Origin: Eledone cirrhosa
Lineage: Eukaryota
DNA length: 64,000 nucleotides
Reading direction: 5' to 3'
NCBI GenBank assembly: GCA_964016885.1
Contig: OZ024740.1
Span: 149,048,001 to 149,112,000, forward strand
Each line of letters starts with the position of its first letter. Positions within the stretch are counted from its first letter, which is position 1. Below, one piece after another: positions 37,716-51,780 of this stretch. The notes beneath the pieces are model-generated. The model did not search any database and had not been told where the DNA came from. It worked only from the letters and a program-made list of their open reading frames with translations. The position numbers were made by a program, and so were the translations under genes.

Positions 37716-38579
37716 TTTAAACCATTTGTGAAATAACAACTCTTAGTACAAATGCTACGTAAAGCACCCGGCTTGAGCCCCAAAAAATTCGGACCCAAAA
37801 TATATTGTTATAAGGCTCAAATATTCAAATATTCAACTTTGTATTGTACACTGTATATCCAAAAAAAAAAAATGGCTATAAATGGAAGAAGAACCCCTCC
37901 CCTCCTCTCCTCTGGCTACACTATATAGGACAGCTAAACTCACCAACACCAGAAACTAGATACACCACCCACCCCATCATCTGTGTACACTAAACACAAC
38001 AGCCAGATAACGACACATTTTCACCTTCACCGCCACCGCTCACTGCGGCCATCATTACCACCACTGTCCCATCACCGCCGCCACCACCCCTTGACTCCGC
38101 TACAGCACCATCACTACAGTAATACGGTCACATCACCGCCACCACTGCCTCGGTATCGACATCACCACCACCACTGTCTCAGTATCGCTAACGCCGCCAG
38201 TCTCCCACTTCCCTGCTGGCTGCTACTTCCACATTATAGAATTCCTACTACTAATAAAGAGGAAGGCATCAAAATATATAGATAGACCCAAAAGAAAAAA
38301 GAAAAAACAAACAACAAAACCAAAGCAGCACAGCAACAACAGCAAAAAACGAGAAAAACAAACAGAGAAAAACAAAAACAAAAAAAAGAAACCCCCAAAA
38401 CGTAAAGAAAATAAGAATGAAGAGAGAAGCAGGTGGACGGACAGAGAAGAGGGGGGAAAAAGTAAAACTTAAAAAACTAAAACTAAGTCAGACATTCGAA
38501 CACTACATTACAATGAAACTTATGCTTATTCATTTTGGGGGCCCTTTCTGCCTGTGTGTTTGTTTGTTTATGTGTGTTC

Positions 38580-41500
38580 GTATACAGCGTGGTGATGATG
38601 CCACACAAGGGCCAAGTGGGATGGCGGATCCACAGATGGCTATGTAAACATACATTCGCCAATCCTCGATAAGAGTGTTTAAATATCGAACATAAACAGT
38701 TCGAATAACGGTGAAATGGAGACTAGAACGTCATGTGACAGACTCTCACCCAACAGGTGCACCCTGGCTCAGCAGCAGGAACCTGACTGTCAACCAAATA
38801 CTGCTGATGTTGGAGGAAGGAGAAGAAGGAAAGGGGCCAGAACCAACTGGACGAAAGAATTGAATAGAACTGTTATGCAATGCTACCTGAAAAGTAACCC
38901 CAAGGAGAGGGGCTACAGGAGACGGATGCATAACATCTGGAACGAGATTGGTTTATTTAAATTAGATGAACAAAAATTGGCCGGGCAGGCTCGGGTAATA
39001 AGAACTAATGGGTGGATAAGCGAGCTGGAACTGGAGGAACTGAGCAGAGAGAATGGCTTGGAGATGGCGGGTGTAGTATGCCAGACAAGCGAGCCGGTGG
39101 GAAATGAAGGTGAGGAGGTCCTGAGAACGGAGGAACCACCCGAAGCAGACAATGATCTGAGTACTGAGATAAATAATACCTGGAACAGAGATACGGCCAC
39201 TGAGGAGATGAATGCTGACGGGCTAGGACAAGATTCGGTTGACATCCTAAATTTAGTGGTAGATGAATTGATAGTGGGAGACCTATGAACCTAAGATTTG
39301 TAGACAGGAAAAAGTTAAAAGAAACAACAGCTAAGGTAAACAAAGTCATCCCATACCTTGAGGCGAGGAGCCTTCACCAGTGCAACAATATCCTCAGAGC
39401 AACAGCAAATACGGTGAGGAAACTACTTGGTATAAAAGCGAGAGGAAACAACAGACAAGAAAGAGCAGAGCCGTGGTGGAAGAAGCGACTGAGTGGGCAA
39501 ATCGGGGAAATGAGAAATGACATAGGAAAGCTTGAGTCACTACTGAATGGGACACTAAAAAACATAGGCACTAAAAATAGACTGGAAATAAAATACAAAA
39601 CTAGGAGTAAAAAGCTAAATATTATCATAGAGGAATTGAAGCAACGCATTGTAGCAAAGAGTGCAAAAATCAGGCGATACGAGAACAGAGTCAGTCAGTA
39701 TAAACAGAACCGCATGTTCGACAACAACCAGAAGATGCTGTTTGGACAGCTTGAGGGCAAAGAAAGATGCAACGACTTGATACCTGGGGCGGAGCAAACT
39801 AAAACATTCTGGAGAGGAATATGGGAGCAGGATGTTAGACACAATGCCCAGGCAGGGTGGATTGAGACAGTACAGAGGGAGATCGGTGAGCAGGCACAGC
39901 AACAGTTGAAACTCTTAAGGGGCAAGCCAAAAAACTAACCAACTGGAAATCACCAGGCCCAGATGGTGTGCAGGGGTATTGGATTAAACATCTAACATCC
40001 CTCCACCCGAAGCTGACGGCCATGTTCAATGACTGCTTGGTGTCGGGTGAGGTGCCAGAGTGGTTGACAAAAGGTACCACAGTTCTGATAATGAAAGACC
40101 GAATCAAGGGTAATGATGCTACCAACTATAGACCTATCACATGTCTGCCCGTAATGTGGAAACTGTTGACGAGCATTGTGTCTGAGGAAATCTACCATCA
40201 CCTCCACACAAACAACTTGTTACCGGACGAACAGAAAGGATGCCGAAAGAAGTCACGTGGTACAAAGGACCAGTTGCTTATTGATAAGATGGTAATGGGG
40301 AATTGCAGGAGGAGATACACTGATCTTGCCATGGGATGGATAGACTACAGAAAGGCATTTGACATGGTGCCTCATTCCTGGATCACCAAAAGCCTGGAGA
40401 TCTTCAGGGTGGCAGATAACATCAGACAGTTGCTGGGCAGGAGTATGGGGTCCTGGGAGACAGAGTTGGAGAGTAAGGAGCGTATTGAAGTCACATCTGA
40501 ACAGCAGAAATGCCATAAGCGCAGTAAATTCCCGAGCTGTGTCTATTATTAGGTACAGTGCGGGAATTCTGAGATGGAATGTTGCTGAACAGAAAGAAAT
40601 GGATAGGAAGACTAGGAAGCTATTGACTATCTACAACATGTTCCACAAGAGGAGTGATGTCGATAGACTCTACCTAAGGAGATCTGAGGGTGGAAGAGGT
40701 CTTATCAGCATAGAGGACTGTGTTCAGATGGAGAAAAACAACCTATACAAATACGTGACCTATAGTAAGGAGCCAATGCTCAGAACTGTACTGAAGGAGG
40801 GGACAGTAGGCCAGGGGATGTCCAGGGAGGAAATAACATCAAGGAGGAAGAGCAGCCTTAAGGGAAAATCCCTTCATAGTACCTTCTTTGAGAAAACTGA
40901 ATTTAGAGATCCACAGACATCGAACTGGTTGAGAAGAGGAGACCTCAAAAAGGCTACAGAAGGAATGCTAATGGCTGCGCAGGAGCAGGCCCTCAAAACG
41001 AAGTGGTTGAAGCACCATATCTACAAGGAGGAGGCTAGCCCACTGTGCAGGATCTGTGGAGAGAGAGAGGAGACTGTGGCTCACATTGTGTCCGAGTGTA
41101 AACACCTAGCCCAGACCCACTATAAGGGCTGGAGACACGATGTGATGGGCAGGGTGATCCACTGGCACCTGTGCAAAGTAAACAATCTACCACATTCTGA
41201 GAAATGGTATGAGCATAGGCCAGAGGCGGTGATGGAGAACAATCAGGTGAAGGTGCTGTGGGATTTTAGGATACAGACGGACAAAAAACTGGAACACAAT
41301 AGACCTGACCTGGTGGTTGTGGACAAAGAAAAAAGAACGTGCCTGATTGTGGATGTGGCCTGCCCGTTCGACACGAGAGTGCAAGAGAAGGAGAGGGAGA
41401 AAATTAACCGATACCAGGACCTAAAGTGGGAGGTGAAAAGGATTTGGAACTGCCATGAAGTCAAAGTGATCCCGATTGTCATAGGCGCACTGGGGACTAT

Positions 41501-41693
41501 CTCCAAAAGTTTCCAGGGATGGTTAAAGAAAATCGGCCCCTTCACGCTTTTTGGAACGCTTCAAAAGGCATGCTTGCTTGGAACAGCAAGAACCCTCCGA
41601 TACGTCCTGAATATCTGAGGCTGCAGGTAGTGGCTTGATATTCAATCCAACGGACTTTCCAGTTAACCAACATCAATGACTGAGATTCAAGGA
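38580..41693 (+). mobile_element. R4/Dong-like family A, long copy A5 with internal RT deletion
   Basis: ORF pieces from 38716 (WTKELNRTVMQCY; WKSPGPD; NYRPITCL; WIDYRKAFDMV) jump at ~40468 to RVRSVLKSHL; 3' half nearly identical to A2; long (AAT)n(AAG)n tail. 5' boundary approximate. Confidence 0.92.
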
Positions 41694-41849
<156 letters not shown>

Positions 41850-41961
41850 ACTCACCAACCATCTACCATCCTATATAACCTATCACATTTACCTGCTTGT
41901 CAATTTGTCTGTCGATCCTACCATCTATGGATCCGTCTATCTAGTTGTCCATCTCTCTCTC

Positions 41962-41999
<38 letters not shown>

Positions 42000-42014
42000 C
42001 CTCCCTCTCTCTCG

Positions 42015-42046
<32 letters not shown>

Positions 42047-42815
42047 CTACCTATCTATATATAATATATATTTAATTTTTACTTGCATTAATCTCCAGAT
42101 TCTAGCTATTGGCCAGTTAATTTTATTGCCTGGCTTTGGTCTACTCTATTGACTGCCGAATAGTTTTGTTATATTTAACCACTCTGTCGAGAGATTCATT
42201 CGATTTGTGATATTTTGCATTTTCGCAATATTATACACAAAAGAATTCAATCGCCTAATATAGGTGTTGCCTCCCTTGCTGAACCCCACGTGGGGTCAGT
42301 TACAGACACATCTATGTAGACTTTCGAACTGAATCCCGTTGACAACGCGTACTCCTAGTTCAGTCAGGATACAAGAAACTTAACATACTTTATGTAAGTG
42401 GACAGTAAATGACTTATGGAGCCGCAGAAACCCCAACACTGGATTTTACCATCATTCCAGGGGTCCGGGTTGAGTCTCAAACATTTATATTTTCATATAT
42501 TTTTATATCTGTATATCTGTTTGACCCGAAATAGGAGATCGAATCTTCGCTGTGTGGATGATTAGTTTAACCACCATCTCAGTGTGTTTGGCCTTTAACG
42601 TAAGTTGTAAGCTCCAATTCATTTGAATTATAGAGCGCTTGCGTCATAACTCGAAAGTGTTTCTCGTTAATTCATGGGCTGAAATTCGATTTTCGCTAAT
42701 TTTTACTTATATATATATATATATATATATATATGGTTGGAAAATCACTGACGAAGGACTATTTTTATCATATGTAACCCATGTGCAACCACGCAGTATT
42801 CTTCTTTCTTCTCAT

Positions 42816-42859
<44 letters not shown>

Positions 42860-43037
42860 TAACTGAACAAAAAAGAAAAACGAACACAGACACATACATA
42901 TATGTGTTCAAATCGTAATGGACCAGAATCGCTAAGGTGAAAAGAATACTAACTAGAGACAATAGGGTTTGCTAGATTCAATTTAAGAATAAATCAAGAA
43001 AAATAAATACAAACCAGAATTCTGGTAACTACCGATT

Positions 43038-43115
43038 ACCCGGACAGTTTTGATAGAACTGTTTCGCAATATTATTTGTGAAGGGGAATACCAAAGTCCT
43101 AGCTCATCAGCGGGT
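43038..43115 (-). ncRNA. type I hammerhead ribozyme
   Basis: Minus strand: ACCCG-CTGATGA-GC(34 nt)GC-GAAAC-AGTTctatcaaAACT-GTC-CGGGT; complete core with GUC cleavage triplet. Confidence 0.85.
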
Positions 43116-43550
43116 GAAGAATTATTAGTATCCTGATCACTTCTAAATATAATAAAAAACTGGATAGTGTGTGTATATGTAACGCACATGGTTCCCGAAC
43201 TTAGCGTGTCTCGCAGATTCACGCCACTAAAAATAGTAGCCTGGTTTACTCGACATTTGAATTAGCTCGACGAATTAACGGAGCCGAATATATTAAAGGC
43301 ATGTATTGAGTTAGAATCTCAAAATAGTTTCATTACAGTAAATTAGCTCTAGGAAAGAGGTTTTTCCGAACCGTATAGTATAACTGAACAAAAAAGAAAA
43401 ACGAACACAGACATATACATATATGTGTTCAAATCGTAATGGACCAGAATCGCTAAGGTGAAAAGAATACTAACTACATACAATAGGGTTTGCTAGACTC
43501 AATTTAAGAATAAATCAAGAAAAACAAACCAGAATTGTGGTAACTAGCGA

Positions 43551-43632
43551 TCACCCGGACAGTTTTGATAGAACTGTTTCGCAATATTATTTGTGAACAG
43601 GAATACCAAAATCATAGCTCATCAGCGGGTGA
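43551..43632 (-). ncRNA. type I hammerhead ribozyme (second copy)
   Basis: Same fold with a perfect 7-bp stem I TCACCCG/CGGGTGA. Confidence 0.85.
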
Positions 43633-43999
43633 AGAATTATTAGTATCCTGATCACTTCTAAATATAATAAAAACAAAACTGGTTCCCGAACTTAGCGTAT
43701 ATATATATATATATATATCTTTCTATCTATCTACATACCTATCTAACTATCGATTGATCTATTCTTCCATCTATACATCTATGTCTGTTTTTTTTTTTGC
43801 CTTTTTGTCTGTTTTTATGACTAGATATTTATCAATTCATCTGTCTATTTATTTATCTCTATGTTTCTCTCTGTATTTATGTGTTGTTTGTTCATGTCTG
43901 TGTGTGTGTGTGTGTGTGTGCATACGTGAGTATATATGTATTTGTGTATTTTATTAAGAGTTGGAGCTTCCTGAATTGAAACGCTCTATTGACAATATC

Positions 44000-45360
44000 G
44001 AAGGTTTTGTTAGATCAACGAAAACATAGACAATATCCATATTCTACTCATAGCACTTCCCCTGAATCTGGTTTGCCGTGAAAATAATATCCATTGTTCC
44101 TCTACCCAAACGGAAACGACACTGAAATTCCAGAAGGACGCCAACTATCAGAGAATTATTTAGGCGTATAATAAGAGTACTTGGCAGAAACATGCCGATA
44201 GCTGACAGTAGAGCAATACCTTTATAGTTGCTATAGTTCATACTGATTCCTATACCTTTTTAAAGAGGTAACATAATTATATATTTCTAAACCTTAAGAA
44301 GAGAATATCTCCGTGGAAAATTTATGATACGACTGCCGCAAAAACATAAGACATTTGTGCAAATTTCATCTTTACCAGAAGCCTTATCAAAATTCAGTTA
44401 CTTATTTCCTATTGCTGTCAGATCTCTTATGGTTGTATCGTCTATGGAATTGATGACAAAGCTTTCTTTAAGTGTGTCAATTACTACAGCAACCACAACA
44501 AACTCACATGGTTTAAGTGTTCAGAAAAATGCTCAATCCAGCAGCCGGCTATCTCCGTTGGTTTAGTGAATAAATCCAAACCAGCGATAGAAGGAAAAGA
44601 GCTAATGTTAAACTTTCATACCGATATGTTACTATCATTATCGTCAGCGGCAGCATGAATGTTACCAGCATGTTCCTTCCACTAAACATTTGTCTGAATC
44701 TTCGCTGCAAATAAGATTATATATTCTTCTAATGAACACGCACTAAATTCCTCGGCTCGTCTGATAATCCTTGTGTAAGGATGCACTGTGGGCATTGTGT
44801 TTCGCAGATGAGTCTCCCGATTCCGGAATCATTTTATTCAAACAAGTCCCTTATACTGGCTATTGTATACACCAGTGGTTCAAAAACACATTCGGAAACC
44901 TTGTCTTGAAACGTTTCCCATGTTTTCAGATATTGCATGCTGGATAGATGATTCTGAATATACTTCCTCAAAGCACATTGTATATCTTGTGGATATTTAA
45001 GTACTGAGAAATCTTAAATAGCCCTGTTCTTTTTCTCACTCTAATTACTACTTTATTCAAGCTGACCATTACTTTCCACTCGAGTCTCTGAACAAACTGG
45101 TATATTATATTGGCTCAGTTCCCGTGCAACAAATAGAGTACGTTGTTCAGTTCGTTGTCCATGTGTTTCCATACATTCCTAAGTTCCAGCAAAACTTTTT
45201 TCATTTTCCTTTGTTTGCGAGCGTAAATTGGCCGTCCGTCATTCACTCCAAACTATCCAGACAGAAAAAGTAAAAGAATATTTAGCTCGCCTTTTCTAAA
45301 GCATCTCTTGTTTCCGGCTGAGTAATGCCCTCCTCAAATGGGTTGCCCAGAGTTGCAGTA
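44000..45360 (-). mobile_element. old degenerate RTE-clade LINE fragment
   Basis: NYKGIALLS...QCRFRLGRGTMDIIF..QIQGKC.E RT motif at 44044-44241; decayed upstream part, boundaries approximate. Confidence 0.65.
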
Positions 45361-45373
45361 ATTATCTGTAGAT

Positions 45374-46200
45374 GTGTTAAGCTTCACAAGAGCTTTTGAC
45401 AACGTGAAACTACCCAGCTTGTGGCAACACTTAAACAAGAACACAATTAATAAAAAATACATCAACCTACTGAAAGGAACTACATGCTATATAGACATCT
45501 TGAAGGGAGTTAAGCAGGAGGATGTAGTATCAGCACTTCTTTTCTGTATAGTTATAGCTGCACTTATCTACCAAACTGAAGAAGAATGCTCTTCTAGCTA
45601 TCAAATAGAAGGTAAAATCCTATCAAATCCTAGCTATGCAGACGATCTGGCGATCATAAGTTACTCTAGAACTGATCTGCAAGACTTTCTGAATGTACTG
45701 GCCAAGCATTCGCTGGAGGCTGGCTTACACATCAACATCTCCAAAACAAAGTGTATGACAACTGATAAAAACAATGCCAATCTACAACTCACAATCTACA
45801 AACAGCAAATTGCTCAAGCTACGGAGTTTGTATATCTCCGTCACAAACTATCATCAAACAACAATGGAATGGTTGCTGTGCAGTATCGCATCGCTCTAGG
45901 CTGGGTAGCTTTCAACAAGAACAAGGAAGTACTAACATCAAAACGAGTTTCCTATCATTAGAAGGCTAAGATCTTTGATACTTACATCCTACCAGTTGTG
46001 TTATATGGTCTTGACTGTGTTAATTGGACAAGGTCACTTTAGAAGCTCTTTACATTCCAGAACCACATCATGAGACTTATGACTGGCAAGCGACTCAGCG
46101 ACCGTATCTGTATCAGTGAGCTGTTCAACATTACCAAACTTAGACCAATAACGTCAATTGTCGTGTCAAGAGTATTCAAACTACACGGTCATATAAAAAC
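45374..46200 (+). mobile_element. degenerate LINE reverse-transcriptase fragment
   Basis: AFDNV, KGVKQED..S..LF, YADDL, GLHINISKTKCM, EFVYL. Confidence 0.8.
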
Positions 46201-46989
46201 GTCTTGCATACTAGTTGTTTTCTGTAATATCTGGAGCAAAAGTGAGTGACGTTGACGAAAACTGTCGATAAAAGCTGGAGGAGCTCTGAAAAACAAGAAC
46301 AGCCTGTCGTTTTGTCGACGTGCTCTGTGACCATGAATGTTGGCGCTCTGTCAAGGTTAAATGCGCCAAGGCATTAAAAAGTCGAGAGCCTGCTGTTGCT
46401 CTGTGACTGGAATCGAGACTGGAATCCCTGCAGTGTTTTGCCCTATGCTCTAGTGATTCGGTTAATTCACCGTCTGATTTGAATTAGTCAACAATACGTA
46501 GCAGGTTCTAAAATGTTAGTATTTTCTTTCAGTTTTATACGTGGTACATCCAATAATTTTGCTATAGTAAAAACGCAAAAAAAAAAAAATGAATAGATAT
46601 GTTTTAGGTGAATGTGCGAAAGCATGTTCTTTTTGTTATGCAACCATATGCTTGGAATATACTATTGTTTAGTTTAGTCTATGTCTTAATTAATTTTCAT
46701 TTTCAATGCGATTGTAGTAAGGAAGGTTCAAACCGAAACCTTGATGTTTCGAAGCCATTCTACAAGACCGCTTTCAGCAAACCATTTTTATTTTCATAAA
46801 AGCAGGGTTTAGCGACACACCTGTTACAAGATTAATAAATTAACAGACATTATACATTTGTTGATACGTCTACCAGAAAATAAATTCTTCTAGATTGATT
46901 TTAAGTTAAATAAGTCTGAATTGTATGTTTGGCACTGGCAACGGATATAATATTGCCTTTATCGTACGCATTGCATTATCAACGTTCTA

Positions 46990-47491
46990 AATAATAATTG
47001 TTTCTACTTTTGGCACAAGGCCAGCAATCATCTCAGTGTATTACTGGTACTTTATTTTATCGACCCCGTAAGGATGAAAGGGAAAGTTAAGCTCGGCGGG
47101 ATTTGAACTCAGATCGTAAAGGCCCGTAACTCCATGCTGCAAACCATGGCGTCCGACCCTCTAATGATACTGCCAATCCACAATAATAATTGTTTCTACT
47201 TTAGGCACAAGGCCAGCAATTACCCAGTGCATTACTGGTACTTTATTTTATCGACCCCGTAAGGATGAAAGGCAAAGTCAACCTCGGCGTGATTTGAACT
47301 CAGATCGTAAATCCACAATAATAATTGTTTCTACTTTTGGCACAAGGCCAGCAATTACCCAGTACATTACTGGTACTTTATTTTATCGACCCCGTAAGGA
47401 TGAAAGGCAAAGTTGACCTCGGCGGGATTTGAACTCAGAATGGAAAGGGCCGTAAATCCACAATAATAATTGTTTCTACTTTAGGCACAAG
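46990..47491 (-). mobile_element. head-to-tail array of four SINE units
   Basis: AATAATAATTGTTTCTACTT recurs at ~46990, 47182, 47317 and 47462; units joined by ATCCAC. Confidence 0.9.
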
Positions 47492-49791
47492 TAATGATAA
47501 TTAATAAGCAATTATCTTATTTTACTTATACGACCATTTTTCATATAAATAATCAATTTTCTTAACACACAAGCTATTTCAACTGGTTGGTAGTTTTAAC
47601 ACCCTCATTGAATAGCAATAGAAGAGTCTGCAAGAATTTATTCCCATCTTCATTGCGAAGCTGAATATAATATCATACTTCTCTGGGAATCTTTAGTGCA
47701 ATGTTTATGTACAATGTTTATGTACAATTGATTTCATGTGTTAATTTTACTATCGTTTAAAGTTTCAATATGTTTTGATGGTGAAATTGTACTGCCTCTT
47801 TCTGACGGTCGGAATATATGCGTATGATGCAACAGTTTTATCTTAAAGGAATTTTCAGTAAGGCCTCTCAAGCTTTTTGTTTTAGTGCTATCTGAAATGA
47901 GGCGTTAGAGCAACAAAATAATGCTTTAGAAAGACAGACACCAATGAGATGGCAGTTATAAGCAGAATACATACAAGTGAAGAGTCTGCTTGTTTCTAAT
48001 GGAAAGATTTCTTCTGTTTATATTGACGATGGAAGTATCAAACTATTTTGGTTGAATATAGATCATATTAAAGATACTTTCTTTTACTAAACTCCTCATG
48101 ATACCTATGGTCTTCGTGAAACTGTTTATTTATAAACTTTAGCGAAATCTTGATAACTTTGGAACGAACATTTTAATCATAGAAATTATTACGTAATATA
48201 AAATATGGTGTATATATATTTGATTTTATGAATATTAGAATTTTCTGTGTCAATGTAGCTTTCAAACTGTGAAAACACTGTTTGTAATGATATGCTGCGT
48301 GGTTGAATGTTTTCACCCAAGAGAATAAGCTGGCTATGAGCTATATTGTGGTGGTTGAAATTGATATTGTTTTACTGCAATTTCTCATAAGATTTATTAT
48401 ACCGGCAGCAATTCCATCCATCAATCCGTCTATTTTCCCTGAACTGATGATTAATTCGCAAGGGCTTTTAAACCTGAAAGTGCACATCTCTTTCCGTGTC
48501 TGAGTACATTCAATTACTCTCAGAGAAAGAGGTGGGTATGTGAAAAAGATAGTGCTAAAGAGACTGGAAGAGGGACGATCGGGCCCAGGACTAGGCTGAT
48601 GCCTTATTCATCGATCTCAAAAATATGAAAGTCAAAGTTGACATTAAAGAAACTATTTAGCAGCACTTAAGACATAGAAATTATCTATGCTAAGATTCTG
48701 ATGTACTTTGATCTTTAAGTATTAACGATGTAATATATTAACTCAACCCATAAAGCATCCATTTTGTGGCTATTGATACTTTTCAAAATGCGTAGTATAT
48801 TATCTGGAAATACTTTGAACTCTGATGAATAGTATCTCTTACGAAGTAAGCTAAAAGAAGGCAATCACTAATTCGCAAGAACCAGTTCAACCGTACGTCT
48901 AAGGGTCAAACCTATCATTACTGAACACGGCGTTTAATGCTCAAAGGAGCATCATAAAATACCAACAATTTCCTAGCATTCATGATAATATAATATCCGA
49001 ATCTTTTTTGGAGTAAATCCTCTTTTAGAACGGTGTCAATTTACAAAGGTGCTGACTTTCTGTTTTACTGAACCGCCTAATAAGTGATTATTAAGTGAAA
49101 ACGGGATGGAGTGTTATCCTTCCTGTAAAGCACGTTTTACTGAAATAACATTACTGACCTTATGTAACTCTCATTTCTCTGGTCAGCATTCAGGGTTGGC
49201 AAGTGAAATACTCTAAGTGAAAACAATATTTTAAATGTACTAAATGCAAAGCCACTGTTAGACATTAAATTTATGTAAATCCTATGTAAAGTGTTTGCCT
49301 TGTATATTATATTTTTAAAATATTGGTGTTTTTTTTATCAGAATTATTTTTCTTGTCAACTCTGAATGCAGATCAATAAATCCAGACAAAAGTGAATTAG
49401 ATGGGGTCAATAAAGTCATTTTAGTATATCTGTATATAGACCTTTCTTTGCATTTTATTTTCTGGAAAATAATTATTTTCCAAAATGATGCGTTGTGTTC
49501 TTGGACAAAACACCTCATTTCGTGTTGCCCCATTCAACACAATTAACACGTAGTACCAGCAGTCACCTGATACCAATGAAACCGGAAAAGGCAACGGCCG
49601 ACGAGCCTGTAGGCTTGGGATAGACATGAACTCTTTTTAATTATATGTATTATCTATATCATATAGATATACATACATATATATATATATATATTACTTT
49701 CACCCACGCACGCACACACACACACGCACGCACGCACACACACACACACACACACACATACATACACATATATATATATACATATAGGAGA

Positions 49792-49910
<119 letters not shown>

Positions 49911-50814
49911 TGCTGTGATTGTTTTGTTTAATGAATTTCAATATACGAGGTAATTTTATTTGAGAGGAAACAGCTAATAATTCTGCTTGATGTAAACATA
50001 ACTGTGTGTTATGTTGAAGGAAAAAAAAGTATAAATGTTTTTTAATTTTTTGAAATTTGCAGTAAATTCAAAATATATAAATAAATATTGCTTACATAAG
50101 GTATTCAGAAAATTTTGCAAAATGATATGCAACCTCATAAAAAATAGAATTGCTATATTCTTATAATATTTACGTATTTTTCATGAATTTTTTTATGCTG
50201 AGTCAATAAATTAAAATGTAAAAAATATACGATTTATGTAATAGATTTAAAATGCATTTTATTTTCTTATAACTTGTCTTATTTTGATGGCTCTGGGAAA
50301 ATATATAATGAAATATATACTTATCATATATTTCCTTAGTCGCAAATACTTTGTCCAAAATTCCATGTGATCATTTCTAATCAAAGTGGCATTTATATTT
50401 TATTCACAAGAAATATATAATTGCGGTAGGGTCTATAATGAGTATCATTATCAGGTTTCTTTTTCTTTACATACATCTTTTGACTAGTAATCTATTTCTT
50501 TGTGACATTTAGAAAACATAGAAAATAACAATATTCTGTTTTCGCAATGTAATAAGAAGATACAAACCTAAAATTAAATTGTTAGTAACTAATTCTTCAT
50601 TGACAAGCATCTTATAGGCAATAGACATACACGTTTTTCTGTGAATTCTGAATCAATAACGTGATGACTGAAAGAAGCAACAAAAATTACTATAATTTAG
50701 AGAAGCCGTAACAAATAGATATCAAATAATATTTTGAGAAATACTTACATCCCCGCCGGAATTGTATCAAAGAAATGGGTGATTATATTATTTAAAAACT
50801 TCCTACCAATATTT

Positions 50815-50965
50815 GCTTTGCGACATAGAGTTGCGGCCCTTTACGGTCTGAGTTCAAATCCCGCCGAGGTTAACTTTGCCTTTCATTCTTACGGGATCGA
50901 TAAAATAAAGTACCAGTAATGTACTGGGTAATTGCTTGCCTAGTACCAAATGTAGAAACAATTAT
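50815..50965 (+). mobile_element. tRNA-derived SINE copy
   Basis: GAGTTCAAATCCCGCCGAGG...GTAGAAACAATTATT. Confidence 0.85.
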
Positions 50966-51286
50966 TTATTAACCATAAGAAATATCGAAGTTAAATGAGT
51001 TTTGAATTCATCTTATTCAATACCTATTGTGAAATATACCTAACGTATCATAAATTTACGCAAAATTTTGTCAAACTGACATCAGGAAAGATTTTATTTT
51101 ATTTATTATATCGCATTTTATATCACTATCTCATGCATTTCTAATTGCGAAAATTACAGAAAGAAGTGTCTGTGACAAAGAAAATTTTGCAACGGACTTC
51201 GTCTGAAAGCACCATTTTGTATTGTTTCCACACCAATATTTCGATTCTTCGTCGACATATATTGGTGATACACACACACACGCATA

Positions 51287-51328
<42 letters not shown>

Positions 51329-51333
<5 letters not shown>

Positions 51334-51780
51334 TAGGGGTTGTATATGAATATGAAAGCATGTACGATATGTATATTATAACGTACATAGGAGATTATCG
51401 CTATAATTTATTAAAGCTGTGATCATGCCACAGTTATAGGCAGTAGCGAGGGGATTGCCAGACAGCTGTTTTGAGAGTTTTATACGTCACCTGTGACATT
51501 TACCTCTAACCACTGATGTCTACAGTGTAAGCGAATAAACAACACCAGCTGATGTTTCAGACGCAAAGAACATATGGGCTTTAGTTCATTTTTGTCTCAG
51601 TATCGAGTGAGTAAATATTATCGATAACGGATAAAAATCCAGAAATAGCTCTCTGATATTCTCATTCCTGCTTAGGTAGCTATAATAGGATCACAGCTTT
51701 AAAACAATTCATAGTGAGAATTTGGTATTTTTATTATACACAAACATATCGTGTATGCTTTCATATACAACCATATGATA
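51329..51780. mobile_element. MITE-like inverted-repeat element; extra right arm at 51995-52080
   Basis: TATCATA..GGTTGTATATGAA..AAGCAT...AAAGCTGTGATC versus GATCACAGCTTT...ATGCTTTCATATACAACCATATGATA. Confidence 0.65.

Larger units (their letters stand above)
42856..43698 (-). repeat. partial tandem dimer (period 521 bp) of a hammerhead-containing unit within (TA)n
   Basis: AGTATAACTGAAC at 42856 and 43377; slightly diverged copies; (TA)n on both flanks. Confidence 0.92.

Noticed and set aside
37983-38285. His/Pro-rich ORF
   Set aside because: Low-complexity (CAC/CCA) degenerate repeat with no splice or domain support.
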